Source: Acidobacteriota bacterium
GTDB taxonomy: Bacteria > Acidobacteriota > UBA6911 > RPQK01 > JACQSY01
Length of the DNA stretch: 64,000 nt
Assembly (NCBI GenBank): GCA_016211085.1
Contig: JACQSY010000015.1
Coordinates: 12,041 to 76,040 of the forward strand
Direction: 5' to 3'
Part shown: in pieces, positions 10,327 through 20,336 of the stretch
Layout of the letters: each line of letters starts with the position of its first letter
How positions within the stretch are numbered: the first letter of the stretch is position 1
Notes under the pieces: generated by a model
Databases searched by the model: none
What the model was told of the DNA's origin: nothing
The model's input: the letters and a program-made list of their open reading frames with translations, nothing else
Program-made: the position numbers and the translations under genes

Positions 10327-12522
10327 ATGCTGGTCACCACACCTCGCGAGCAACTGCAATTTCTGATTGCCGGGGAAGAGCGCCATCCCTTTGCTCTACT
10401 GGGCCCTCATGTCCTCCAGGATAACAATCGGCGCACCGTGTTCGTGCGTGCCTTTCTACCGGACGCCACTCACGTTGAGGTTCTTTCTGCAGGGGCGGCG
10501 ACAGGTGAGCCGACGATTCGAATCCATGAAGCTGGTATTTTTGAGGCAATCCTGGCAGAGCTGCCGCGACAGCCTTACCGGTTCCGATTTCGCAACCGCC
10601 AGGGCGGTCTGCAAGAGCAGTATGATCCTTATTTTTTCAGAGAATTGCTATCCGAATTCGATCTCCATTTGCTGATGGAAGGAACTCACCTCCGAGCGTT
10701 TGAGAAGATGGGAGCTCATCCCGTGGAACGTCAGGGCATTACCGGCACGTTGTTTGCCGTCTGGGCTCCCAATGCAAGGAGCATAAGCGTCATCGGGGAT
10801 TTCAACAATTGGGACGGGCGCGGCTATGGCATGGAGCTTCACGAAGCCAGCGGTGTGTGGCAGCTCTTTGTTCCTCACTTGACGGCCGGAGCCCTGTACA
10901 AATACCAAGTCCGGCTACGAGACGGCGGTATCGAGGAGAAAATCGATCCGTATGCCAATTACTCTGAGCAACCGCCTCGGACTGCTTCCATTGTCTACCG
11001 ATCCAGGTATAAGTGGAACGACCAGGAATGGATGCAGACGCGCGAAACAAGAAACGCGCTCGACGCTCCTCTCTCTTTTTACGAAGTTCATGTGGGATCA
11101 TGGAAGCGAAAACTCGAAGAAGGAGAGTGCTTCTTAAACTATCGGGAATTGGCTGAATTGCTCGTACCTTATGTCAAGGATATGGGTTATACCCATTTGG
11201 AACTGCTCCCCATCTCCGAGCACCCCCTTTCGGCGTCGTGGGGTTATCAAACGACCGGATATTATGCTCCCACCAGCCGCTTCGGGAACCCGGATGATTT
11301 TCGTTATTTTGTGGACACATGTCATCAAGCCGGCATTGGCTTAATCCTGGACTGGGTGCCGGGACATTTTCCGCGTGATCTTCATGCCTTGGCCCATTTT
11401 GACGGCACCCATTTGTATGAACACGCTGATCCCCGTCTTGGGAGCCATCCCGACTGGGGCACTTTGATTTTTAACTACGGCCGCAACGAAGTGGCAAACT
11501 TCCTGATTGCCAACGCTTTGTTCTGGCTGGATGAATTTCATATCGATGGGTTGCGCGTGGATGCCGTGGCGTCCATGCTCTACCTGGACTACTCACGAAA
11601 GCCCGGCGAATGGATACCCAACCGCTATGGTGGAAACGAGAACCTGGAGGCGATTCAGTTTCTGAAACGCTTCAATGAAACCGTCCATCAACGCTTTCCC
11701 GGCGTTCTAACTATCGGAGAGGAATCGACGGCTTGGCCTGGCGTGTCTCGGCCTACCTATATAGGGGGACTGGGGTTCAGTCTAAAATGGAACATGGGAT
11801 GGATGCACGACTCTCTTGTCTACATGTCCAAAGACCCCGTTCATCGTAGATACCACCACAACAATCTCACTTTTTCGCTGCTGTACGCCTTTTCAGAAAA
11901 CTTTGTTCTGCCCCTCTCACACGATGAGGTCGTCCACGGCAAGGGTGCCCTGCTGAATAAAATGCCGGGGGACCTCTGGCAAAGATTTGCCAATTTGCGA
12001 GCTTACTACGGCTATATGTACGGCCACCCCGGCAAGAAGCTCCTGTTCATGGGAGGGGAGTTCGGCCAGTGGAATGAGTGGAATTTTGATGCGAGCCTTG
12101 ACTGGCACCTGCTTCAATGGGAAAGCCACGTTCAGCTTCAAAGATTTGTACGTGACCTTAACCACATTTATCGCTCAGAACCCGCCCTCCATCAGGTAGA
12201 TTTCGACTGGGCAGGTTTTGAGTGGATTGATTTTCATGATGCCGATTCCGGTGTTATCGCTTTTTTACGGAGAGCTCGTGATCCTGATGATTTCGTGGTG
12301 GTGGTCTGCAATTTCACTCCGGTACCGCGCCTGGGTTACCGCATTGGAGTACCCCGGGAAGGCCTTTATCGAGAGCTTCTTAACAGTGACTCGGCCTTTT
12401 ACGGAGGCAGCAATCTCGGGAATTCCGGAGGAGTGCCATCTGAGCCGCGTCCTTTCCAGGCTTTCCCACACTCGCTGAAGCTCACCCTCCCGCCTCTTTC
12501 CACACTGTTCCTAAAACCATAG
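10327..12522 (+). CDS. glgB: 1,4-alpha-glucan branching enzyme
   Basis: [50 protein letters not shown]; start placed at ATG 10327 (or GTG 10324) after TGnTAAACT. Confidence 0.97.
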   Translation: MLVTTPREQLQFLIAGEERHPFALLGPHVLQDNNRRTVFVRAFLPDATHVEVLSAGAATGEPTIRIHEAGIFEAILAELPRQPYRFRFRNRQGGLQEQYDPYFFRELLSEFDLHLLMEGTHLRAFEKMGAHPVERQGITGTLFAVWAPNARSISVIGDFNNWDGRGYGMELHEASGVWQLFVPHLTAGALYKYQVRLRDGGIEEKIDPYANYSEQPPRTASIVYRSRYKWNDQEWMQTRETRNALDAPLSFYEVHVGSWKRKLEEGECFLNYRELAELLVPYVKDMGYTHLELLPISEHPLSASWGYQTTGYYAPTSRFGNPDDFRYFVDTCHQAGIGLILDWVPGHFPRDLHALAHFDGTHLYEHADPRLGSHPDWGTLIFNYGRNEVANFLIANALFWLDEFHIDGLRVDAVASMLYLDYSRKPGEWIPNRYGGNENLEAIQFLKRFNETVHQRFPGVLTIGEESTAWPGVSRPTYIGGLGFSLKWNMGWMHDSLVYMSKDPVHRRYHHNNLTFSLLYAFSENFVLPLSHDEVVHGKGALLNKMPGDLWQRFANLRAYYGYMYGHPGKKLLFMGGEFGQWNEWNFDASLDWHLLQWESHVQLQRFVRDLNHIYRSEPALHQVDFDWAGFEWIDFHDADSGVIAFLRRARDPDDFVVVVCNFTPVPRLGYRIGVPREGLYRELLNSDSAFYGGSNLGNSGGVPSEPRPFQAFPHSLKLTLPPLSTLFLKP

Positions 12523-12562
12523 GCTGCTTCAAGTTTCGTTTTAAAAGTGAGATACTGAATAG

Positions 12563-12988
12563 GTGGCGCCAGAAGAACTGTCGCAGTTCCAAACCTTGCC
12601 CCCTTTACGCAAGAAAAAGATCCTGGTGGTTGATGACAGCGAAGATATCCACACCCTGATCCAGTACTACTTTTCTGGCAAACAGTTTGTGCTGGAGTCT
12701 GCACTGAATGGAAAAGAGGGATTAAAAAAACTCGAAACTTTCTCACCCGACCTCCTCATCCTGGATATCTTGATGCCGGTAATGGATGGCATGGCAATGC
12801 TTTCGGAACTGCGGAACAATCCACGCTACCGGCAGTTGCCTGTCGTGGTGTTGACGGCCAAGAGAGTCACTCCTGAGGAAGAATGGCGTTTTAAGAAGGG
12901 CGTCTCTGCCGTAGTGAGCAAAGGAGAGCAGTTCGAAGCCGATCTTAAGCGCGTAGTCCGTCAAATGCTCCGCACCCGGCACACTTAA
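12563..12988 (+). CDS. Single-domain response regulator
   Basis: ILVVDD, PDLLILDILMPVMDG, VVVLTAK. Confidence 0.9.
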   Translation: MAPEELSQFQTLPPLRKKKILVVDDSEDIHTLIQYYFSGKQFVLESALNGKEGLKKLETFSPDLLILDILMPVMDGMAMLSELRNNPRYRQLPVVVLTAKRVTPEEEWRFKKGVSAVVSKGEQFEADLKRVVRQMLRTRHT

Positions 12989-13075
12989 CAGCAGACCAGC
13001 CCTGTTTCGAGCTACACTGTTAATGACACGAGTGTTTACGACTGGATAAGTCTTTTAAGCTGGCAGCTGTATCTC

Positions 13076-13441
13076 ATGTCATTTCCTCCTGAACCGGGAC
13101 CGACGATTGTGGACGTCACGGTCCTGAACCGTCTGAGGAAAATTGGCGGTGACGAACTGGTCAGAAAAATGATTGAACTTTTTTCCACTCACGGGCGCTT
13201 GCGAGTACAGGCGGCGCAGGAGGCATGGGAACGCCGGGACCTTCGAGAAGTGGAACGTGCTGCACATTCGCTACGCTCCAGTGCCGGGAACGTGGGGGCA
13301 ATGATCCTGGAACGATTATGCGCCAAACTGGAAAAAGAGGCTTCTGAAACCATTGAGTCGCAGGCTCTGGGCAGCCTGCTCTCGGCAGTCTCAGAAAGCT
13401 TTTCGCAGGCCCTGCAGGTACTTCAGCAGGAGAGCCAGTAG
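13076..13441 (+). CDS. Hpt phosphotransfer protein
   Basis: AAHSLRSSAGNVGA Hpt motif. Confidence 0.9.
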   Translation: MSFPPEPGPTIVDVTVLNRLRKIGGDELVRKMIELFSTHGRLRVQAAQEAWERRDLREVERAAHSLRSSAGNVGAMILERLCAKLEKEASETIESQALGSLLSAVSESFSQALQVLQQESQ

Positions 13442-13443
13442 CC

Positions 13444-13842
13444 GTGAAAAAAATAGCGGTAGTTGAAGATAATCCCGACAACCAGTTGCTGATCCAGGCC
13501 ATTCTCGAGGACCGCTACGACATCCAGTTCTACAACAGCGGGATGGAGGCGCTCAAAGGAATTAAGAAAAACCCTCCCGATTTAATCTTGCTGGACATCT
13601 CATTGCCTGAAATGGACGGCACGGAAGTTCTCAATCAACTCCACGCCGACCATGATCTTCGTTCCATCCCCGTGGTGGCGCTTACGGCACACGCAATGGC
13701 CGGAGATCGCGAAAAATATCTTTCCTGCGGATTCGATGATTACATTACCAAGCCCATCCTTTCGAACCGTATCCTGATTTCGGTGATTGAAAATTGGGTG
13801 CAAAAAGGAAGCGAACTCGCTCGACCTAGCAACGATAGCTGA
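13444..13842 (+). CDS. Single-domain response regulator (DivK-like)
   Basis: VVEDN, DLILLDISLPEMDG, ALTAHAM.GDRE, DDYITKP. Confidence 0.92.
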   Translation: MKKIAVVEDNPDNQLLIQAILEDRYDIQFYNSGMEALKGIKKNPPDLILLDISLPEMDGTEVLNQLHADHDLRSIPVVALTAHAMAGDREKYLSCGFDDYITKPILSNRILISVIENWVQKGSELARPSNDS

Positions 13843-13869
13843 TTTTTTCAATCCTATATTTACAGGACA

Positions 13870-15396
13870 ATGGGAGAAAATTCAGGTCTAACGTCCAATC
13901 AACTCGCCTATTCTCAAGAACCGCGACGGGTGCTCAGGCACGAGCTGCGCAAGCCACTGAACTCAATCATCGGCTTTGCAAATGTCCTCCTCAAAAACAA
14001 AAGCCAGAAACTCTCATCGACGGAACTCTCCTACGTGAAAAGAATTTTGAACAACGGACGCCAACTTCTGTCTTTGATCGATGATCTTCTCGATCTCACC
14101 GATTTGGAATCGGGTAAACTCGGGCTAAAACTACAGGCCGTCGCTCTGGACGTTCTCCTAAAGGAAACCATTGAAGAAATCGAGACCGGCGAGGGAAAGG
14201 TCTGTGTTGCGCTGGAGGCGCCGGGTAAGGTCAGCGCGTTTGACACCGACCCGTCCCGGCTGAAGCAAGTTTTAAAGAAATTAATCGGAAGCGGCCGAGG
14301 CGAAGTCATGGTGCGCCTGTATGTAGACCCTGCCAGCCTCAAACCGACACGGGTAGATGTCATGGAAACCGATTTGGCGCCCAGACAGTTGCCGACCATT
14401 TCCAACTCCTTTCAACAGGTTGAGCAAGGCGGCAGGCTCAGCGACGGAAACACCACCATGGAGCTGAGTATTTGCCGCTCACTTTGCGATCTGCTTGGCT
14501 GTAAGCTCGAGGTCCAAAGCGGACCGGGCCAAGGCTCTGTATTCAGCGTAATTTTCCCTGTCAACGAAGGTGTCTTGTTGCAAACTCGGGTGGAGGAGAA
14601 GCATCCCGGCCCATCCATAGAAACTCCGGAACCTGCTGGTAGTAAACACCTTATGTTGGAGTTGAAGGACAAAACCGTTCTCATTATCGACGAGGAGACG
14701 GAATCCCGCCGTCTGCTGGGGCGTTACGTTGCCGATTTTGGATGTCGTGTATACAGCGCCGCCTCAGGCTCGGAAGGCTTGCAAATGGCGCGCCAGCACC
14801 ATCCTGATCTGATTACACTTGACCTTGCCCAGCCTGCACGCGGCTGGGAGTTTCTAAAGAGCTTAAAAGCAGATCCCGGTTTGCGCGAAATCCCTGTAGT
14901 TCTGGTGAGCCGGGTTGCCCAGCAGCTTCGAGGTGTGCATCTTCGCAGTTTCGACCTGCTCGACAAACCGGTTACCCGTCATAACCTCCTAGAAACGCTG
15001 AAACGCAATCTGCGGCACGGTCCGGGGCGGGTGTTGATCGTGGATGATGACAAAGATACACGCGAACTGGTTTCTGCATACCTTTCTGAAGAGAAAGTGG
15101 GGATTGAGACCGCCGTTAACGGGCGGGAAGCGCTGGAGGTTTTGAACCGCTTTTCACCCGATCTCGTCATTCTGGATCTGCTGATGCCGGTCATGGATGG
15201 GATGACTCTGCTTTCTCACATTCGCAAAGACTCGCGTTATATCGACCTCCCTCTGGTGGTAGTCACGGCGAAAGATGTTTCGAGCAGAGAAATTCGCCAC
15301 CTGGAAAGCGAGACATCCATCATCCTGAAGAAAGGCGAGGAACTCGAAGAAGATTTGAAGCTGATCCTTAGGGAAATCCTTAAGCGCAAGAAATGA
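13870..15396 (+). CDS. Hybrid histidine kinase-like protein (HisKA, degenerate HATPase, two receivers)
   Basis: H-box HELRKPLNSIIGFA; VQSGPGQGSVF G3-like region; two REC domains; N and G1 boxes not recognisable. Confidence 0.85.
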   Translation: MGENSGLTSNQLAYSQEPRRVLRHELRKPLNSIIGFANVLLKNKSQKLSSTELSYVKRILNNGRQLLSLIDDLLDLTDLESGKLGLKLQAVALDVLLKETIEEIETGEGKVCVALEAPGKVSAFDTDPSRLKQVLKKLIGSGRGEVMVRLYVDPASLKPTRVDVMETDLAPRQLPTISNSFQQVEQGGRLSDGNTTMELSICRSLCDLLGCKLEVQSGPGQGSVFSVIFPVNEGVLLQTRVEEKHPGPSIETPEPAGSKHLMLELKDKTVLIIDEETESRRLLGRYVADFGCRVYSAASGSEGLQMARQHHPDLITLDLAQPARGWEFLKSLKADPGLREIPVVLVSRVAQQLRGVHLRSFDLLDKPVTRHNLLETLKRNLRHGPGRVLIVDDDKDTRELVSAYLSEEKVGIETAVNGREALEVLNRFSPDLVILDLLMPVMDGMTLLSHIRKDSRYIDLPLVVVTAKDVSSREIRHLESETSIILKKGEELEEDLKLILREILKRKK

Positions 15397-15767
15397 AAGT
15401 CATGGTGGTCGACGATGACCCGGCAACACGGCTGGTCACTGCTATCGTTCTCGAGGAAACCGCAGGCTTCGAAGTGGTGCAAGTGGAATCGGGATTGAAG
15501 GCCGTGGAGGAGGCGCGCCGGGAGCTTCCTGATGTCATCCTGCTGGACCTGGTGCTGCCAGAGCTCGACGGGCCTGAAGTGCTCCAACAGATCCGTTCCG
15601 ACGAGCAAACTCGTTCCATCCCCGTCATCCTCCACACAGCCGATGATGAGAGCGGTGGCCTTCGCCAACTCATGGATCTGGGAGCCGCCGGCTTCATTCT
15701 TAAGCCTTTTGACCCTTTGCGGCTGGCGCAGGAAATCGTGCGCATCTTGGATCGGGGCCACTCCTAA
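15393..15767 (+). CDS. Single-domain response regulator
   Basis: VMVVDDD, PDVILLDLVLPELDG, GFILKPFDP. Confidence 0.9.
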   Translation: MKVMVVDDDPATRLVTAIVLEETAGFEVVQVESGLKAVEEARRELPDVILLDLVLPELDGPEVLQQIRSDEQTRSIPVILHTADDESGGLRQLMDLGAAGFILKPFDPLRLAQEIVRILDRGHS

Positions 15768-15894
15768 ATTGAGCACACAAGGAGAAGTTTCCTGACGCTG
15801 CGTGCGCGCCTCCGATTCCTCTGCATGAAAAGCAGCGCTGAAGGCACAGCCGCCAGTCCTTTCCGAAGCGCGGGTACAAGGAGCGCCTCGCGCA

Positions 15895-16494
15895 TCAAGG
15901 CTGCAGCGCCTCGTGCAGCTTCGCCAGGGCCTTGCCACGATGGGAAATAAGGTTCTTTTCTTTTCTACTCAATTCCCCAAAAGTGCGACCAAGGGGTGGA
16001 TACCAGAAGATCGGATCATAACCAAAACCGCTGGTACCCCGCGGCTCTTTGATAATTTTCCCTTCCACCGTGGCTTCGACTTCCAAGATTTGTTCTGGTG
16101 AAAAAAAGCACAGGGCACAAACAAACCGCGCCGACCGCTCGTGCTCTCCGAAACCCTTTAGTTCACGCAGGAGCCGCTGAATTCTCTCAGCATCAGTGGC
16201 TGCGTATCGCTTTGAATAAATACCTGGAGCCCCACCCAGGGCATCGACGCACAAACCTGAGTCGTCCGCGAGGGTCGGCAATCCTGTCAGCTGAGAATAG
16301 TGCTGCGCCTTGAGACGGGCGTTCTCACGGAAGGTAGTTCCGTCTTCTGACGGGGGTGGGAGGCCGCGAAAATCTTGCAGCGAAGCAAAATCAAAGGGGA
16401 GAGAAACCAGCGCGGATCGAAACTCCTCGAGCTTGCCCTTATTGCTGGTTGCCAAGAGCAATCGTGAGCGGTTCACTCTGAAAGAGATCGTCAA
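15895..16494 (-). CDS. rdgB: dITP/XTP pyrophosphatase (HAM1 family); start may be GTG 16476
   Basis: [44 protein letters not shown]. Confidence 0.95.
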   Translation of the reverse strand: MTISFRVNRSRLLLATSNKGKLEEFRSALVSLPFDFASLQDFRGLPPPSEDGTTFRENARLKAQHYSQLTGLPTLADDSGLCVDALGGAPGIYSKRYAATDAERIQRLLRELKGFGEHERSARFVCALCFFSPEQILEVEATVEGKIIKEPRGTSGFGYDPIFWYPPLGRTFGELSRKEKNLISHRGKALAKLHEALQP

Positions 16495-17224
16495 CAGTAC
16501 CCAGATTTTCCCGCAGCACTTCGCGCTGGTGCATGTTCAGCTGGCGAATTCCGAGCGATGCCAGTTCCAGAAGAGACTCAAGTTGTGTCTGCGAAAAGGG
16601 TTTTCCTTCTGCTGTACCTTGTATTTCTACCAACATCTCGCGTCCCGTCATGACGACGTTCATGTCCACTTCAGCTTTGGAATCTTCCTCGTAATTCAAG
16701 TCCAGGCGTGCTTCACCATCGACCATGCCCACGCTCACAGCAGCCACCGAATCGAGCAGCGGGGGCTTGGGCAAGAGGTTTTGGCGTTTCAGGCGGGCCA
16801 GAGCCATCGCCATAGCTACAAACGCTCCAGTAATGGAGGCGGTGCGGGTTCCGCCGTCGGCCGAGATTACATCGCAATCCATCCACAGCGTGCGCTCACC
16901 GATGGCCTGCATGTCCACCACAGAACGCAAAGAGCGGCCGATCAATCTTTGAATTTCGTGAGTCCTTCCTGAGGGTCGTCCCTTGGAGGCTTCCCGAACC
17001 ATCCGCTCTCCGGTTGAGCGAGGAATCATCCCATATTCGGAAGTGATCCAACCTTGCCCTTTGCCCCTCAGAAATTGTGGGACTTTGTCTTCAATACTGG
17101 CGGTGCAGATCACCTTGGTCTCTCCACACTGAATCAATGTGGATCCTTCTGCATGCTTGATGTAATCGGGAAAGATCATGATGGAGCGGAGCTCGTTTGC
17201 TCGTCTGGTACCATTTCGCGGCAT
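16439..17224 (-). CDS. rph: Ribonuclease PH
   Basis: [50 protein letters not shown]. Confidence 0.97.
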   Translation of the reverse strand: MPRNGTRRANELRSIMIFPDYIKHAEGSTLIQCGETKVICTASIEDKVPQFLRGKGQGWITSEYGMIPRSTGERMVREASKGRPSGRTHEIQRLIGRSLRSVVDMQAIGERTLWMDCDVISADGGTRTASITGAFVAMAMALARLKRQNLLPKPPLLDSVAAVSVGMVDGEARLDLNYEEDSKAEVDMNVVMTGREMLVEIQGTAEGKPFSQTQLESLLELASLGIRQLNMHQREVLRENLGTVDDLFQSEPLTIALGNQQ

Positions 17225-17235
17225 CGCCAGACATT

Positions 17236-17868
17236 TTACATGAACGGTTCGTACAGCGAAACATGGCCGGCAAAAGTCGGCTGCTCCCGGCCTTCAATGA
17301 TGAATTTCACCCTTTTCACCTGACTCAGATTAACGCTAAGGGAACGGACAATGGAATAAATTGCAGCCAATTCAGCGCTGATTCCTCCTGCTAACTGTTC
17401 TGAAGCCTCCCGGGACAGGTCCACCACTGCTGTTCCTTCTTCCAGGAGATAAATTTGGCGCAGTTTCGCCTGCTCGGGGAAAAGTCTGGGGTGATCGTTG
17501 CTCCCTTTGAGCAGCTCGTTCACGACCTGGCGAGCGTCCAGTTGCACATCGCCCGTCTTGAACACCGACCTTTCCTCAGGCACCAGGAAACCTTCCTCTG
17601 AGGGTTGAGAGCCACTCTTGTAAAAATAAAGCTGAACCTTTAGGAGGCCGCTGCTCTGAGCCTGGAGCACGCTCGAGTCCACATCCATCTTACTTTCGCT
17701 GGCGCGGCGCAGTTCCATTTGATGGCTGCGCTCCTGGTAGTACAGGAATCCAAAAAGCAACACGATTGCAGCCAACAGGAGTATGCCGACCAGGACCTTT
17801 CGGGCTTCACGCCTCGCACCGCGTACCGGAGAGCTGTCGGGAACAGATGAAGAACGTTTCTTTTTCAT
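17236..17868 (-). CDS. GerMN domain membrane-anchored protein
   Basis: N-terminal TM; VQLYF...VNELLKG...TAVVDLS...IYSIVRSL...VKFIIEG. Confidence 0.8.
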   Translation of the reverse strand: MKKKRSSSVPDSSPVRGARREARKVLVGILLLAAIVLLFGFLYYQERSHQMELRRASESKMDVDSSVLQAQSSGLLKVQLYFYKSGSQPSEEGFLVPEERSVFKTGDVQLDARQVVNELLKGSNDHPRLFPEQAKLRQIYLLEEGTAVVDLSREASEQLAGGISAELAAIYSIVRSLSVNLSQVKRVKFIIEGREQPTFAGHVSLYEPFM

Positions 17869-19328
17869 TCCACCGCCTTGAAGAACCGCAGCAGCGCAGC
17901 CACTATGGTGGCGGCTATCTGGTCCTGAAAATCCGGTGACGCGAGCTTCTCCGAATCCTCACTGTTGGTCAGGAACCCAACCTCAACCAAAATGGCCGGG
18001 CTATTAAGCGGAGCCAGGAGTGCCAAAGGCGCCTCCACTACCCCGTTCTCCACGCCATAGAGAGCATTCAGCTCTTTTTGCACCTCGGCGGCAAGCTTTT
18101 TACTATTTTCCAAATTAAAGCGTTGAGCTTCCCTCCACAGAATGAGCCCCTTATCGGGCCCGGGTGGGGTGTCGGAACCGTAACGTTGAACATAGACTAC
18201 GGGACCGCGAACCTCCGGTGACGGAGATCCTCCCGCGTGGATACTGATAAAGGCTCGCGACCTGGCTGAATTGGCCGCGGCGCTACGTTGTTCCAAGGAC
18301 AGCTCGGCGTCACGGCTCCGGGTTAGGAAAGCCGCCAACCCGCCCGACTTGAGTCGTGCACCAATCCGCTCTGAAATTTTCACCGCCAGGTTTTTCTCGA
18401 CCACGTCCGGGGTGATCAGTACCCCATAATCTTCTCCGCCGTGTCCCGGATCAATAGCGATGCTGTTCGACACAGCGAGGCGCTGAAAAACCAAAGGCGC
18501 TTCATCCGGTATGGATCGCGCCGGCGCTGGAGGAGGCTCCGGTGCCGCCTCGGGAACCGCAGGTTTGGCTTCGGGTGGAACGACCAAAACCGGTGGGGCA
18601 TAAAGGTCGATAACCTTCCGATCCGGACCACTCAACGCGAATTCCCGAAAATTGTAATACTCAGGCCCCTTGTAAATACGAAGCGCGCCCCTCGCATCTT
18701 TGGGTCTCAAATCCATGGAGGCGATGATCCGGGCATCAGCGTGGGTTGAAGGCACCTCCGGCTCCAGCAGATAGTCGCCGAACTCGACCTGAAGATAATT
18801 CCGGAACTCCCTGACCCGAACGGGTGTTTTTTGACTGGGCTGGAAAACCACTCGAACGTGATCGGGATAATTGGCAATGAGCGTTTTGATTCGGTTAACT
18901 TCGAGAGGGCTGGAGCGGTAGCTGCGATCCGCAATTCTCTCCAGTCGTAAGCTTAAAATCAACGGGGCCGCAACGGTAAGGAAATCTTCCGAAACGTACC
19001 AGTCCTTGTTTTTCCGTTTCCAGACCGGCTCGGAAAGAAGGATATATTGTTCTTCAAACTGGACCAGCGGACGCCCATGGGTCAACACCAGTCGCCCACG
19101 AGGACCGGTGACGCTGATCTGCTCCTTCTCCTCCTCCAGCTTCAAATCGAAAACGTTGGCAATGTCCTCCAGATCAAAATAGGCACGGCCTTCCATTTCG
19201 CGAAAGTCCACGCGGTGTCGTTTGGCGCCAATGGTGATTTCAACGTCTTTGACCGCAGGCTGCAGGTAAACGGCGGACACGCCAAAGATCAGAAAGGACA
19301 AAACTACAATCAGGGAAAAGCGCGACAT
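17865..19328 (-). CDS. N-acetylmuramoyl-L-alanine amidase (Amidase_3) with N-terminal extension
   Basis: Signal peptide; IDPGHGG, EK, FISIHA, PAILVEVGFLTN. Confidence 0.85.
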   Translation of the reverse strand: MSRFSLIVVLSFLIFGVSAVYLQPAVKDVEITIGAKRHRVDFREMEGRAYFDLEDIANVFDLKLEEEKEQISVTGPRGRLVLTHGRPLVQFEEQYILLSEPVWKRKNKDWYVSEDFLTVAAPLILSLRLERIADRSYRSSPLEVNRIKTLIANYPDHVRVVFQPSQKTPVRVREFRNYLQVEFGDYLLEPEVPSTHADARIIASMDLRPKDARGALRIYKGPEYYNFREFALSGPDRKVIDLYAPPVLVVPPEAKPAVPEAAPEPPPAPARSIPDEAPLVFQRLAVSNSIAIDPGHGGEDYGVLITPDVVEKNLAVKISERIGARLKSGGLAAFLTRSRDAELSLEQRSAAANSARSRAFISIHAGGSPSPEVRGPVVYVQRYGSDTPPGPDKGLILWREAQRFNLENSKKLAAEVQKELNALYGVENGVVEAPLALLAPLNSPAILVEVGFLTNSEDSEKLASPDFQDQIAATIVAALLRFFKAVE

Positions 19329-19345
19329 ATCAGCTCGGAGATAGG

Positions 19346-20239
19346 CTATTCGTTCACCACGTTTTCTGAAATCTGGTGAACGAATAACCTATCCCCTTTA
19401 ATTTTACGGCATGCTTTGGGACTGCGTGCCAGCGCAGTGGCCAGATCGGTATGAAGGGCGTGCCCTGCCTTGTAGGCGCGCACGTGGCCCAGGATAGGAT
19501 ATCCACAGAGGGAAATGTCACCGATTAAATCCAGCACCTTGTGCCTCACAAACTCATCAGATGCTCTCAACTTTCCGTTCATGATATCAGTCCGGCTGAG
19601 AACCACGGCGTTGTCGAAAGAGCCTCCACGGATGAGACCTTTCTGCCGCAACTCTTCCACCTCATCGTAAAACCCAAAAGTCCGGGCAAATGAAATCTCT
19701 TGCTCGTAGGTCACCGGATCCAGCACGAAATCAAGCTTCTGCTTTCCAATGGCGGGATGGCTGAAATCAATCTCATACGTGATGCGAAAATGAGGAGCCG
19801 GTTCGACGGTTATATATTTGTCTCCTTCCGAGATACGAATGGGACGTTCGACACAGAGATAGGTCCTCTCTCGATGCTGCTCCACGGTTCCTGCACTTTT
19901 GATCGCCTCAACAAAAGGCTGAGCTGAGCCATCCAGAATGGGAACTTCCAGGGAATTGATGTCGACGTAAAGATTGTCTATGCTGAGGCCATACAGAGCT
20001 GAAAGCAGGTGTTCCACGGTTGACAGCATCACCCCCCGCTTCATCAGCGTCGTCGCCAACACCACACGCGAGACTCGATCGCGACGCGCTTCAATCTCGA
20101 AATTCTGCAGGTCCACCCGCCGAAAAATGATCCCCGTATCTTCGGGCGCAGGGCGCAATTCAATCTGCACATCACAGCCCGTGTGAAGCCCGATCCCGCA
20201 AAGTCGAACCGGGTTTTTTAAAGTCATTTGCATTTTCAC
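19346..20239 (-). CDS. lpxC: UDP-3-O-acyl-GlcNAc deacetylase
   Basis: GIGLHTG, TVEHLLSAL, EVPILDGSA, ARTFG, RHKVLDLIGD, KAGH. Confidence 0.97.
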   Translation of the reverse strand: MKMQMTLKNPVRLCGIGLHTGCDVQIELRPAPEDTGIIFRRVDLQNFEIEARRDRVSRVVLATTLMKRGVMLSTVEHLLSALYGLSIDNLYVDINSLEVPILDGSAQPFVEAIKSAGTVEQHRERTYLCVERPIRISEGDKYITVEPAPHFRITYEIDFSHPAIGKQKLDFVLDPVTYEQEISFARTFGFYDEVEELRQKGLIRGGSFDNAVVLSRTDIMNGKLRASDEFVRHKVLDLIGDISLCGYPILGHVRAYKAGHALHTDLATALARSPKACRKIKGDRLFVHQISENVVNE

Positions 20240-20249
20240 GGAGGCAAGA

Positions 20250-20264
20250 GCAAGAGGCAGGCCA
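20250..20264 (-). promoter_or_regulatory. Putative sigma-54 (-24/-12) promoter of lpxC
   Basis: Minus strand TGGC-CTGCCTC-TTGC matches TGGC-N7-TTGC; ends 10 nt before the GTG start. Confidence 0.55.
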
Positions 20265-20336
20265 AAACAAAAAAGCTTTTCAGGACAACTACTTTCGTAA
20301 AATCTGGCCCAGGAATCCTGTATCCTCTCAACAACA

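Noticed and set aside
15768-15894. GC-rich gap between convergent genes with a CAAGGAGCG motif
   Set aside because: No convincing stem or extended match to the repeat family
16310-16972. Long antisense ORFs (also 15237-15938, 25385-26095, 30139-30810, 47446-48264, 56707-57429)
   Set aside because: Shadows of well-supported genes on the opposite strand
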